A stretch of 64,000 nucleotides of DNA from Candidatus Nanopelagicales bacterium (lineage in GTDB: Bacteria > Actinomycetota > Actinomycetes > S36-B12 > UBA10799). The stretch is from NCBI GenBank assembly GCA_037046735.1, contig JBAOHC010000021.1:110025-174024 (forward strand), given 5' to 3'. A program made the position numbers and the translations under genes. This document shows positions 26,166-35,034 of this stretch, piece by piece (position 1 is the stretch's first letter; the number at the start of each line of letters is the position of its first letter). The notes beneath the pieces were generated by a model. It was not told the DNA's origin. It ran no database searches and saw nothing but the letters and a program-made list of their open reading frames with translations.

Positions 26166-26242
26166 ACATCAGTAATCTAGCCCTCCGATCCCCTATGTTG
26201 AGCATCAGTTGCATGAACCCATGCGGAAGGGAGCTCGCCATC

Positions 26243-27637
26243 ATGGCCGATACCACGCAGGGAGCCGCCACAACCGGGACCGGTCATCTGGCGCGAACTC
26301 TCAGCATGTGGGCGATCGTGGGCCTGGGTCTGGGCTACATGACCCCGACCGTCGTCTTCGACACTTTCGGCATCGTGTCCGAGGAAACGGGCGGCGTGGT
26401 TCCGACGTCGTACCTGTTCGCCCTCGTGGTCATGATGTTCACGGCGATCAGTTACGGCCGCATGACACGAGTCTTCCCTTCGGCGGGCTCGGCATACACG
26501 TATACGTCAGAAACGATGAGCCCGAACCTTGGGTTCCTCATCGGCTGGGCAGCGCTGCTGGATTATCTGCTCCTACCGCTGGTCAACGCCCTCATCATCC
26601 GCAGTTACATGTTCTCGTTCTTCCCCAACGCCCCGGAGTGGATCTGGGTCGTGGTCTACGCAGCCCTGATCACCGCGATGTGTTTGGTGAGTATGACGAA
26701 TACTTCCCGCGTGAACATGGCGCTGGTGGTGTTCGAGGTGGTCCTGATCGGAGTCTTCCTGATCCTGGCCGCAAAGGCCCTCATGGACGGGATGGGCAAC
26801 GGCACCATCCTCTCCTTCGAGCCGGCATGGCATGAGGGTGTCAATCTGGGCCACGTCATTACGGGCGCGACAATCGTCGCCTTCTCCTTCATCGGCTTCG
26901 ACGCGATCACCATGTACACCGAGGAGGCCAAGGACGCCTCGACCGTGCCGCGGGCTATCCTGCTGGCACTGCTCATCGGTGGCACGATCTTCTTCGTCGC
27001 CGCGTGGTTCACCCAGTCTCTGTTCCCCGACACCTCGGGCTTCACCCAGGAATCGCTGGAGAACAGCGCACTGCCGCAGATCGCGTTCGAGGTCGGCGGG
27101 CAATTGTTCAAGATCCTGCTGACTGCTGCGGCGTTCGCTGCCACCGTGGCCTCCAGCCTGGCATCACAATCATCGGTGTCCCGCTTGCTCTACGTCATGG
27201 GCCGCAATGGCCGCGGGCCGATCTCACGCTTCTTCGGCTACATTCATCCGACCTTCCAGACCCCGGCATACGCGATCATCTTCACGGGGCTGGTCTCGAT
27301 GTTCGCGATCGGGCTGAACCTGGACTTCGTGGCGTCGCTGATCAACTTCGGTGCCCTGATCGCATTCACCTTCGTCAACCTGACGGTGATCGTCTACTTC
27401 GCATACCGCAAGCGCCAAGTGCACACTACGAAGGAGATCCTGCGCAACATCGTGCTGCCCGGGGTGGGCGTCATGCTCACCGTGCTCCTGTGGCTCTACC
27501 TGTCGGCGGAGTCGACCCGTTACGGCCTGATCTGGTTCGGCATCGGCATCCTTGTGCTGCTGTGGGTCACTCGATTCTTCAAGCGGCCCATGAACGTGAA
27601 CCTGGGCGAAGAGGGCCCGGTCACGCGCGAGGGCTGA
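26243..27637 (+). CDS. APC-family amino acid/polyamine permease
   Basis: ATG 26243 follows GGAAGGGAG. LSMWAIVGLGLGYMTP...FTAISYGRMTRVFPSAGSAYTYT..., about 12 TM helices. Confidence 0.85.
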   Translation: MADTTQGAATTGTGHLARTLSMWAIVGLGLGYMTPTVVFDTFGIVSEETGGVVPTSYLFALVVMMFTAISYGRMTRVFPSAGSAYTYTSETMSPNLGFLIGWAALLDYLLLPLVNALIIRSYMFSFFPNAPEWIWVVVYAALITAMCLVSMTNTSRVNMALVVFEVVLIGVFLILAAKALMDGMGNGTILSFEPAWHEGVNLGHVITGATIVAFSFIGFDAITMYTEEAKDASTVPRAILLALLIGGTIFFVAAWFTQSLFPDTSGFTQESLENSALPQIAFEVGGQLFKILLTAAAFAATVASSLASQSSVSRLLYVMGRNGRGPISRFFGYIHPTFQTPAYAIIFTGLVSMFAIGLNLDFVASLINFGALIAFTFVNLTVIVYFAYRKRQVHTTKEILRNIVLPGVGVMLTVLLWLYLSAESTRYGLIWFGIGILVLLWVTRFFKRPMNVNLGEEGPVTREG

Positions 27638-27656
27638 CCGCCGTGTGCCCGTCTGT

Positions 27657-28568
27657 CTACCGGCCGATCTGGATCGGATCGGAGTACGCCGTTGGGAAGC
27701 CCCGCTGACGGTGGACCGCGACGCGATAGCGACCCTTGTTCGGGACCCCAATATGCGCACGCTCCTGTGTGCCCTGCGTCCGATACCTCCGTGGTGAGGA
27801 AACCCACTCGCTGCCGCTTCGAGTCTGCAGTTGCACGGTCCAGGACCCGGGTAGCTCGGGCTTCACCGAAACGACGAGCCGACCCGAGGTCGGCTTCACA
27901 GATAGTCTCTGATTGGCCAACGGTCGCCGACCGGTGACCGCTCCGATGGGACCGAAGCCCGCGACATTCTCAGGTTGGACTGCCATCCGATAGACGCGCT
28001 TGGGGTCCAGCCCCCCGACCGTGACGCTGGTCGACGGTATGCCGGTGGCATCGGCTGGGATCACCGCATACACCTCATCGGTTGCAGTGTCCAAGACTCG
28101 ATAGACACCGGAGGCAGGACCCGCAGTGGGCGGATTGACAGTCAGTTTCAGGGACCGGTGCCTCGCTTTCACCGTCGGAGCCGGCGGGGCCTGCGGAACG
28201 CGGTCAGGGATCTCCCTCGGCCGTTCGTAGATAGTGACCTTGATCGTGCGTACCGCCGGGAGTCCGATGTCATTGGTGACCCGCACCCCGATGGTTCGAG
28301 TCCCCGGCGTATCGAAGATCCGGGTCACGACCGGCTTGCCGGACACCTCGTAGACGCCGTCGTTGTCGAAGTCCCATTCCGTGTTCGCTATGTACCCGAC
28401 GGGATCCCTGGACGGGTTGGAGGAGAACACCACGGGCAGGCCCGTGAAGGTGAGCGGACTCACAGCCACTTCCACAGTGGGGTAGGCATCCAGACCGCGG
28501 ATCACGTCATAGAGCGGGTCACCCGTCGGCTCAAATCCTCCCCGTCGCCATCGCTGCCGCGCGATCAT
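27657..28568 (-). CDS. PKD + fibronectin-III-like domain protein (no signal peptide; may be the frameshifted C-terminus of the upstream cutinase-VWA gene)
   Basis: Lies within ORF 27657..28802; the upstream part is Arg-rich and not protein-like. PKD-like block: PVVFSSNPSRDPVGYIANTEWDFDNDGVYEVSGKPVVTRIFDTPGTRTIGVRVTND. FN3-like block: PPAPTVKARHRSLKLTVNPP...VTVGGLDPKRVYRMAVQPENVAG. The first ATG (28568) overlaps the upstream gene by 38 nt. Confidence 0.55.
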   Translation of the reverse strand: MIARQRWRRGGFEPTGDPLYDVIRGLDAYPTVEVAVSPLTFTGLPVVFSSNPSRDPVGYIANTEWDFDNDGVYEVSGKPVVTRIFDTPGTRTIGVRVTNDIGLPAVRTIKVTIYERPREIPDRVPQAPPAPTVKARHRSLKLTVNPPTAGPASGVYRVLDTATDEVYAVIPADATGIPSTSVTVGGLDPKRVYRMAVQPENVAGFGPIGAVTGRRPLANQRLSVKPTSGRLVVSVKPELPGSWTVQLQTRSGSEWVSSPRRYRTQGTQERAHIGVPNKGRYRVAVHRQRGFPTAYSDPIQIGR

Positions 28569-30066
28569 CGTCACCGTCGTCCACGACATAGGCGTCCTCG
28601 GCGGGAACAGCACTCGCGATACCCATCGATCCGAAGGCCTCCATGATGTAGCCACCAGTCGCGGTGGCCAGGTCCGAGAAGATCTTGTTGGCGGCCCGGC
28701 TGAAGTTGACCGCAAGGAAGCGCGCACCCTTCTCCTGCGCCTTTTCGGCCAGCGACTCGGTCGTGAGCTGGATGGGATCCGGGTTCGCTCCGTCCTCGTC
28801 ACCCAACAGAACGACCGTCTTGCGCGCTTGCGGCCGGAAGGGCTGGTCCAGCCCGAGTGCGGCTCCTGCCAGGACCTGCTCCGTGCAACAACCGTTCGCC
28901 CGCAAGGAGACCATCCCGTCGATCAGCGCCGTCTTGTCCTCGGTCAGCCCGACAACAGTGCGAGCAGATGGCCGATCGTAATTGCCCTTGTACTCCACCA
29001 AGCCGAAGCGTGCCCGGTCGAACGTTGGGTTCTCGATGAACTCCTTTCTGACCGTCTTGACCGCATTGTCGATGTCGTTGCGCATGGAAGCCGTGGAATC
29101 CATCACTAGGACGACGTCCTGCTCCCCGGTGTATTCCTCCGTGGGGAGCCTGGCCAGGCCCAACCGCGACCCGATGTGCCGGGCACTGTCGACTGCCTCA
29201 CCCGTGAGGTCATAGGGGTTGTCTCCGGTGTCGTTGGGATTCGGGGACCAACCGATGGGCCTGGTGTAGTTGTGCGCCCGTGTATCAACAGCCTCCTTGG
29301 CACATGAGGGCGCCAGCAAGGGCACTGCCGACAGGGCACACAGACCGGTCCATGCCGGGATCCCCTGACACACCATGTCGTCGGGGTGACAGGTGGATAT
29401 GACTCGGCTGCCCGTGGCTCCTCGGAACTCCGGGCGTTGTCCGAGGCCGCCGTGCCGGTTCGAATCGAAGGAGCCCGGCCACCGCCCCGAACTGCCGTAG
29501 ATGCTGTCGCCGCGGAAGTACGGATCGCCGTAGAAGATCCCACCGGCGATCCGGTCGGGATGGGTCAGAAGGGCGTCTTGGTAGGTGTCCGCTGTCACCT
29601 GCGCCCCTTGCGAGTAGCCAACAAAGAGGGCCATGGTCTTCGCCGGACAGTCAGTGATCATCGCCTCGAAGCGGCGCGAAGCGGCCCCCTTAGCCAACGT
29701 CACGCTGTCTGAATACGACCCCGGCATCTTCAAGGCTGCCACCGCGAAATCCAATGTCGCCCCCGAAGCAGGGTAGTCCACATCAGACAACGGCATCTCC
29801 TTGATGACCGGCGGGGGACGATCCATCAGAGCGAACCTCTTGGCCACGTCCTTCTTGAAGGCATTGACCGCCCTGCCGACCGTGTCCGCGTACCAGCCCC
29901 ACGGTTCCATTGACTGCTGGCCGCTGCCGCGTGCACCGATCACCACGTAGTCCGCCTTCTCACACCACGTGTCAGCCCGGGCCGGTGGCGCAGCCGCTCC
30001 CAGCGGAATCAGTGCGAGCATGGCACCGAAAATGGGCATGGCGAAACGATGCGATAAACGCGTCAT
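28531..30066 (-). CDS. secreted cutinase-domain / VWA-domain fusion protein
   Basis: Signal peptide: MTRLSHRFAMPIFGAMLALIPLGAAAPPARA. Cutinase motifs: VIGARGSGQ and GYSQGAQV. VWA MIDAS motif: VVLVMDSTASM...VVLLGDEDG. Confidence 0.8.
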   Translation of the reverse strand: MTRLSHRFAMPIFGAMLALIPLGAAAPPARADTWCEKADYVVIGARGSGQQSMEPWGWYADTVGRAVNAFKKDVAKRFALMDRPPPVIKEMPLSDVDYPASGATLDFAVAALKMPGSYSDSVTLAKGAASRRFEAMITDCPAKTMALFVGYSQGAQVTADTYQDALLTHPDRIAGGIFYGDPYFRGDSIYGSSGRWPGSFDSNRHGGLGQRPEFRGATGSRVISTCHPDDMVCQGIPAWTGLCALSAVPLLAPSCAKEAVDTRAHNYTRPIGWSPNPNDTGDNPYDLTGEAVDSARHIGSRLGLARLPTEEYTGEQDVVLVMDSTASMRNDIDNAVKTVRKEFIENPTFDRARFGLVEYKGNYDRPSARTVVGLTEDKTALIDGMVSLRANGCCTEQVLAGAALGLDQPFRPQARKTVVLLGDEDGANPDPIQLTTESLAEKAQEKGARFLAVNFSRAANKIFSDLATATGGYIMEAFGSMGIASAVPAEDAYVVDDGDDDRAAAMATGRI

Positions 30067-30200
30067 GGCTGTTATCCCCTGGATTCTTCGCCATCCCCGA
30101 GTCGGGTTACTCCGTGCAACCCGCGGTCACGATGACGATCGCTGGCAGGCTAACAACACCGGGGGCAGGCACGCTGCGGCCTGTGGATGGCGGTCAGCCG

Positions 30201-31001
30201 TCAGCGGCTGGCGTTACGGTACTTCCGGATCGCCAGGGGAGCGAAGATCGCGATCAGGATGACCATCCAGGCCACCGTCACCAGGATCGGGTGCTGGGCG
30301 GGGATGCCCTCACCGACATACGGGTTCGGGTTTCCGAACAACTCCCGTGTGGAAGCGGTCAACGTGCTGACCGGGTTCCACTCCGCGATCGGCTGCAGGA
30401 TCCCTGGCAACGACGCCGGCGGAACGAACACGTTCGAGATGAAGGTCAGCGGGAAGATCGTCACGAACGTCAACTGCTGAGCGGCTTCCGTGTTCGGCAC
30501 CGAGAGCCCGATCCAGATCCCCAGCCAGGCCATCACGTGCGCAAAGGCCAGCAAGAGCAGGACGGCCAGCATGAACTCCCCGATGGAGGTGTGCACTCGC
30601 CACCCGACCGCGAGCCCGGCGAGCATGAGTACGACGAGAATGCCCGCCTGGTAGATCGTGTCGGCGACCGTCCGACCGGACAGCACCGCCGAGCGCGCCA
30701 TCGGCAGCGATCGGAACCGGTCGATCAGGCCCTTGCCCATATCGTCGGCCATCCCAATGGCAGTGGTGGCCGAGGCGAACACAATGGTCTGGGCGAAGAT
30801 CCCGGGCATCAGGAATTCGGTGTAGTCGCCACCTCCGGGCAGCGGGATCGCGCCACCGAACACGAACGCGAACAGCAGCACGAACATGATCGACTGCAGG
30901 ACCGCGAAGATCGCCAGTTCCGGGATCCGTGGAATGCGCTTGAGGTTGCGCCACATGATCACCAAAGAGTCGGACACCGGTCCACTTTCAAGCATGCTCA
31001 T
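30201..31001 (-). CDS. ABC-2 type exporter permease (DrrB-like)
   Basis: Six TM helices. WRNLKRIPRIPELAIFAVLQSIMFVLLFAFVFGG. ATGA overlap with the upstream ATPase gene. Confidence 0.85.
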   Translation of the reverse strand: MSMLESGPVSDSLVIMWRNLKRIPRIPELAIFAVLQSIMFVLLFAFVFGGAIPLPGGGDYTEFLMPGIFAQTIVFASATTAIGMADDMGKGLIDRFRSLPMARSAVLSGRTVADTIYQAGILVVLMLAGLAVGWRVHTSIGEFMLAVLLLLAFAHVMAWLGIWIGLSVPNTEAAQQLTFVTIFPLTFISNVFVPPASLPGILQPIAEWNPVSTLTASTRELFGNPNPYVGEGIPAQHPILVTVAWMVILIAIFAPLAIRKYRNASR

Positions 31002-31978
31002 GCGCTCTCCTCCTCCGACTGCTCGACACTGTGGTGGCCGGTGAGTGACAGGAAGACATCGTCCAGCGTGGGCCTTCGTAAAGCGAGATCGTCGATGGCG
31101 ATGTCGGCCTCTCCGAAATGCCGCACCACCTCCACCAGTTGCTGCGCACCACCCGTCGATGCAGCTGTCAGCCGACGCGTGTGCTCGTCGACTTCGACGC
31201 CGCCGGCCAGGGAAGCGAGCAGGGTGACGGCCGCCTGCACCGATGCCCGATCTCGCACCACAAGTTCCAACCGCTCCCCGCCGACCTGCGCCTTCAGGTC
31301 GTCCGCTGTCCCCTGCGCGATGATCTTGCCGGTGTCGACGACAGCGATGACGTCGGCGAGTTCGTCGGCCTCCTCCAGGTACTGCGTGGTCAGCAGCAGA
31401 GTCGTGCCCTGCCGGACGAGGTCACGGATCACATCCCACATCCCGAGCCTGCTGCGCGGATCAAGACCGGTGGTCGGCTCGTCGAGGAACAGCAGGTTCG
31501 GCTGGCCGATCAAGGCTCCGGCAAGGTCGAGCCGGCGCCGCATGCCTCCTGAGTAGGTCTTGATCGTGCGCCCACCGGCGTCGGTCAGGTTAAAGCGCTC
31601 CAAGAGATCCTCAGCGCGCTTCTTGGCCTCGGCCTTGGGCATCTCGTACAGCCGCCCGAACATGTACAGGTTCTCCCAGCCGGTGAGGTTCTCATCGACG
31701 GCCGCGTACTGCCCGGATAGCCCGATCGCGCGGCGTACCTCCTGGGACTGCGAGACCACGTCGTATCCGGCCACCTTGGCGCTGCCCCCATCCGGCCTCA
31801 GCAGTGTGGTGAGAATCCGCACGGTGGTGGTCTTGCCCGCGCCGTTGGGTCCGAGCAGTCCCAAGACAGTGCCTTGCGCGACATCGAGGTCGACGCCGTC
31901 CAGCGCCCTGACCTCCGCAGAACCCCGTCGTGCGCGGTAGATCTTCACCAGACCGCGGGCCTCGATGGCATTTGTCAT
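30998..31978 (-). CDS. ABC transporter ATP-binding protein (DrrA-like)
   Basis: Internal ATG 31978 (MTNAIEARGLVKIY). Walker A is GPNGAGKTT, the signature is YSGGMRRRL, and Walker B is LLFLDEPTTGLD. Confidence 0.9.
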   Translation of the reverse strand: MTNAIEARGLVKIYRARRGSAEVRALDGVDLDVAQGTVLGLLGPNGAGKTTTVRILTTLLRPDGGSAKVAGYDVVSQSQEVRRAIGLSGQYAAVDENLTGWENLYMFGRLYEMPKAEAKKRAEDLLERFNLTDAGGRTIKTYSGGMRRRLDLAGALIGQPNLLFLDEPTTGLDPRSRLGMWDVIRDLVRQGTTLLLTTQYLEEADELADVIAVVDTGKIIAQGTADDLKAQVGGERLELVVRDRASVQAAVTLLASLAGGVEVDEHTRRLTAASTGGAQQLVEVVRHFGEADIAIDDLALRRPTLDDVFLSLTGHHSVEQSEEESA

Positions 31979-32206
31979 GAGGACGATCCTATGTCGGATA
32001 TGTCCCGGCGCATGTTCTGTGATGCTGCTCACACCCACTGTGCGCTTGTTCACAATCGGTTGAAGTAACTGTTCGGGCTGTGTCAAGGTCGATGAAGCGT
32101 CGGACACCGTTTTCGACGCCTTGGAGGCCCAGACCTCCTACGACAGCCCCGGCGACCGCGGTGCAGTACCGGACCGCACGAGGGGACGATCGACCAAGGA
32201 ACAATC

Positions 32207-32647
32207 TTGCAAAAAGCACTTGCTATGCCCCTTGCTGCCCTCATGATCGCTGGCGTGAGCGCCACGACGATGGCACCTGCGATGGCCGCCAACAACGACC
32301 GTGACAACAAGTCATCACGCAACTATGCCCAGCGTTTCCCCGTTCAGTTGAAGTACGTGAACAAGTACAACCTGAAGAAGGGCGAACTGCGCGAGATCGC
32401 CGCGGCCAAGGTCTGGGCCAAGGGCTCCAAGCCCCGCGCCGTGCGCTCCTGCGAGTCCGGTGGCAACTACGGCATCAACACGGGCAACGGCTACTACGGC
32501 GCCTACCAGTTCGCGGCCGGCACCTGGCGCGGCGTGGGTGGCGGTCGCTACTCGTCCTACGCCCATCAGGCACCCAAGTTCGCACAGGATCACATGGCCT
32601 ACCGGCTGTGGAAGCGCAGCGGATGGGGCCCCTGGGGCTGCGCCTGA
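32207..32647 (+). CDS. secreted Rpf-like transglycosylase-domain protein
   Basis: Signal peptide: MQKALAMPLAALMIAGVSATTMAPAMA. The C-terminal CESGGNYGINTGNGYYGAYQFAAGTWRGVGG...GWGPWGCA matches the resuscitation-promoting-factor-type transglycosylase-like domain. Confidence 0.8.
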   Translation: MQKALAMPLAALMIAGVSATTMAPAMAANNDRDNKSSRNYAQRFPVQLKYVNKYNLKKGELREIAAAKVWAKGSKPRAVRSCESGGNYGINTGNGYYGAYQFAAGTWRGVGGGRYSSYAHQAPKFAQDHMAYRLWKRSGWGPWGCA

Positions 32648-32655
32648 TCTACGAA

Positions 32656-32697
32656 CGAGGCCCCCGATTCTCCACGAGCGTGGGATCGGGGGCCTCG
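32656..32697. terminator. bidirectional stem-loop between convergent rpf-like and ggt genes
   Basis: cgaggcccccgat (32656-32668) and atcgggggcctcg (32685-32697) form a perfect 13-bp GC-rich stem with a 16-nt loop. It starts 9 nt after the rpf-like stop and ends 18 nt from the ggt stop. Confidence 0.6.
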
Positions 32698-32714
32698 CTA
32701 TGTCCAGGCGCGCC

Positions 32715-34118
32715 TCAGACGATGCGCCAGGCGCCGCCGCGGCGTGGATCGGCGTGTGCGCGCAGTGCGCCGGACCCGGTCACTTGCACCGCGTTGACAC
32801 CCCCGAAGAAGAAGTGCCGTTCATCCCAGATGTTGACGGGCGCGAACTTGCGCAGAGCGTCGACTTGAGCGGGGGACAAACCGGGTTCGGCCTGCACAAC
32901 TCCGGCCCCGTCCACATGCAGGCGGGGGGCCTCGATGGCCTCAGCCAGATCGGCGTCCCCGTCGGTCATCAGCGTGATCACGCGGGTGAGGGCACTGCGG
33001 ATGCGTTCACTACCCCCCGAGCCAAGAACGATCAGGCCGTCGTCGAACTTCACGACACTCGGTGCCATCATCGACCGGATGCGAGTCCCCCCGACTGCCG
33101 CATGAGGACCCGCCGGGTGCAGGTCGTCTTCACCCATCATGTTGTTCAAGTGGATGCCCGTGTCCGGCAGAACGATTCCGCTGCCCAGACCGTTCGACAC
33201 CGTCAAGGAGGCACACATTCCATTCGCGTCCACGGTGCTGATGTGTGTCGTGCCTGTTGTGGAGACGGGCCCCGAGACCTGCGACTTCAGCCAGGCCGTG
33301 GTCTCCGTGAGAGCCTCTGCGATAGCGACCGGCTGCGGGTGACTCTGCTCGGCCAGGTCGCTGAGGACGTGCGCGACGATGGACCCGCCCAGCGATGGCA
33401 GCGGGTTTGTTGTCAGGACAGCGTTGTGGACCGTTGAGACCAGAGGTTCTCGAAGCGTTACTGCATAGTCGCGCAAATCGCCCTGCGTGACGGGGGTCAA
33501 CCCCTCGAAGTGCGAGTTGAGGTCAGCGACGCTCTTCACCTCGCCATCGGCAACGCGCTGCAGGAAGTCCCCCAACTCGGGTGTCACGAGCGTTTCACCG
33601 GCACGCAGCAAGGTCCCGTGTGGCGCCATCCGCGCCCGCACCTGCGGGGTGAACATGAGCACCGGTTCGATGAGGAACATGGCATGGGCGACACCGGGCT
33701 CCAGCACCACACCGTCTCGCGCTAGCGCGATGGACGGCGATACGAGATCTGCCAGCGGCAGGGACCCCCAGCGCTGGTGCCCGGCCAGGAAACCGTCCAG
33801 ACATCCGGGAACTGCCACGGTCTGCGTGCCGACGTGGAAGTCCTGGGTCGTCCCGGAGTAGACCACGGTGACCGTATCGACGTCACCCATCGTCCCGGAG
33901 GGCACGGTGGTGAAGAAGTCGACCAGCGTGCTGGTGCCGTCGGGCTCGCGAACCAGCAGGAAGCCGCCGCCACCCATGCTGGACACCCCAGGTTCCGTGA
34001 CGGTCGAGGCGAAGGCTGCCGCGATGGCCGCATCGACGGCGTTCCCACCCTCGGCAAGTACGCGGGCGCCAACATCTGCTGTGGGACCTGACCCACAACT
34101 GATCGCACCAGCAGACAC
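32715..34118 (-). CDS. ggt: gamma-glutamyltransferase
   Basis: GGNAVDAAIAAAF..., SSMGGGGFLLV, and the autoprocessing/catalytic Thr block GTTHISTVDANGMCASLTVSNG...LNNMMGE. Confidence 0.9.
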   Translation of the reverse strand: MSAGAISCGSGPTADVGARVLAEGGNAVDAAIAAAFASTVTEPGVSSMGGGGFLLVREPDGTSTLVDFFTTVPSGTMGDVDTVTVVYSGTTQDFHVGTQTVAVPGCLDGFLAGHQRWGSLPLADLVSPSIALARDGVVLEPGVAHAMFLIEPVLMFTPQVRARMAPHGTLLRAGETLVTPELGDFLQRVADGEVKSVADLNSHFEGLTPVTQGDLRDYAVTLREPLVSTVHNAVLTTNPLPSLGGSIVAHVLSDLAEQSHPQPVAIAEALTETTAWLKSQVSGPVSTTGTTHISTVDANGMCASLTVSNGLGSGIVLPDTGIHLNNMMGEDDLHPAGPHAAVGGTRIRSMMAPSVVKFDDGLIVLGSGGSERIRSALTRVITLMTDGDADLAEAIEAPRLHVDGAGVVQAEPGLSPAQVDALRKFAPVNIWDERHFFFGGVNAVQVTGSGALRAHADPRRGGAWRIV

Positions 34119-34208
34119 GGGTCTCAGGGTAACGGTGACCGCTTGTGGGCCATCGTCTCGGTGCGAACGTCCGGGAATCCTGGCCTGACCCGCGGCGTTG
34201 CACCTGAC

Positions 34209-34550
34209 ATGGCCACTACCGAACTCACCGACGCCACGTTCACCGATTCCACCGCAGGCAAGACCGTCGTCATCGACTTCTGGGCCGCCTGGTGCGGCCC
34301 GTGTAAGCAGTTCGCTCCGGTGTTCGCCAAGGTCTCCGCCGACTACGACGATGTGGTGTTCGCGAAAGTGGATGTGGACGCCAACCCGGGGCTAGCGCAG
34401 TCGTTCGGCGTCACCGCGATCCCGACGCTGGTGGTGATTCGCAACAATCAGGTGCTGCACAGCAAGGCCGGTGCCATGAACGAGAAGGCTTTGCGAGCGA
34501 CCATCGACAAGGCGATCGAAGGCCCGAAGCGGATGACGTTCCAGTTCTGA
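34209..34550 (+). CDS. trxA: thioredoxin
   Basis: Internal ATG 34209. VVIDFWAAWCGPCKQFAPVF...GVTAIPTLVV (WCGPC active site). Confidence 0.9.
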   Translation: MATTELTDATFTDSTAGKTVVIDFWAAWCGPCKQFAPVFAKVSADYDDVVFAKVDVDANPGLAQSFGVTAIPTLVVIRNNQVLHSKAGAMNEKALRATIDKAIEGPKRMTFQF

Positions 34551-34572
34551 GCGGAGGCTGCGCCAACGGTCG

Positions 34573-34794
34573 TCAGAAGATGCTGACGCGCGCGTCCGGG
34601 GAATAGTGCAACTCATACCGTCGCGCGGAGACTGAGCTGACCGCGTCGATCACGATCTCGCCGTACTCCTGGCAGAAGTGGAACACCACGAGGTGATCGC
34701 CTTCCACGTCGATGGTGTCCCCGGACTTCAACTGCTGCGCTGTACGAACCACGTTTATAGAATCGGCTACTGAATTCAAGTATTGATGCCTCAC
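34573..34794 (-). CDS. small hypothetical protein (start uncertain)
   Basis: Only the C-terminal 60-73 codons of ORF 34573..34992 look coding by GC3 bias (LKSGDTIDVEGDHLVVFHFCQEYGEIVIDAVSSVSARRYELHYSPDARVSIF). Candidate GTG starts lie at 34794 or 34752. There is no SD and no family I recognised, and the context is locally AT-richer. Confidence 0.3.
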   Translation of the reverse strand: MRHQYLNSVADSINVVRTAQQLKSGDTIDVEGDHLVVFHFCQEYGEIVIDAVSSVSARRYELHYSPDARVSIF

Positions 34795-35034
34795 ACGACA
34801 AGATTCGGTAACGGTCCGGTCACGAAGTCCGGGCTTCAGGGGTAGCAATGCCACGTAGCGGGGCCATCTCGCGGACCTGTGGGGGTCTGGGCGATCCCGT
34901 GACAACCCGAAACAATCGCGGGGAGAATGTGCGGTCGCGAGGGCAATGGGCATTGAAGATCGCTGCCCCTTACATGTGGTTATCCACCACAAAGCACCTG
35001 GTCAGGATAGTTTGTCGTAGCCCTCTCGTACGGT

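Noticed and set aside
27657-28802. Full 381-aa track ORF for the PKD/FN3 protein
   Set aside because: The first 78 codons (MTRTERTRIPSSSRPSRWPKRRRRRVRASLRS..) lie antisense-frame-shifted within the cutinase-VWA gene and are not protein-like. Only the part from about 28568 downstream is supported.
34820-34865. GAAGTCCGGGCTTCAGGGGTAGCAATGCC resembles the RNase P RNA CR-I block (GAGGAAAGUCCGGGCUCCAUAGGGCAG)
   Set aside because: Only about 10 contiguous bases match. The other universally conserved RNase P blocks (for example ACAGAACCCGGCUUA) are absent from 34551-35034, and the region is too short and unstructured to hold a 400-nt RNA.
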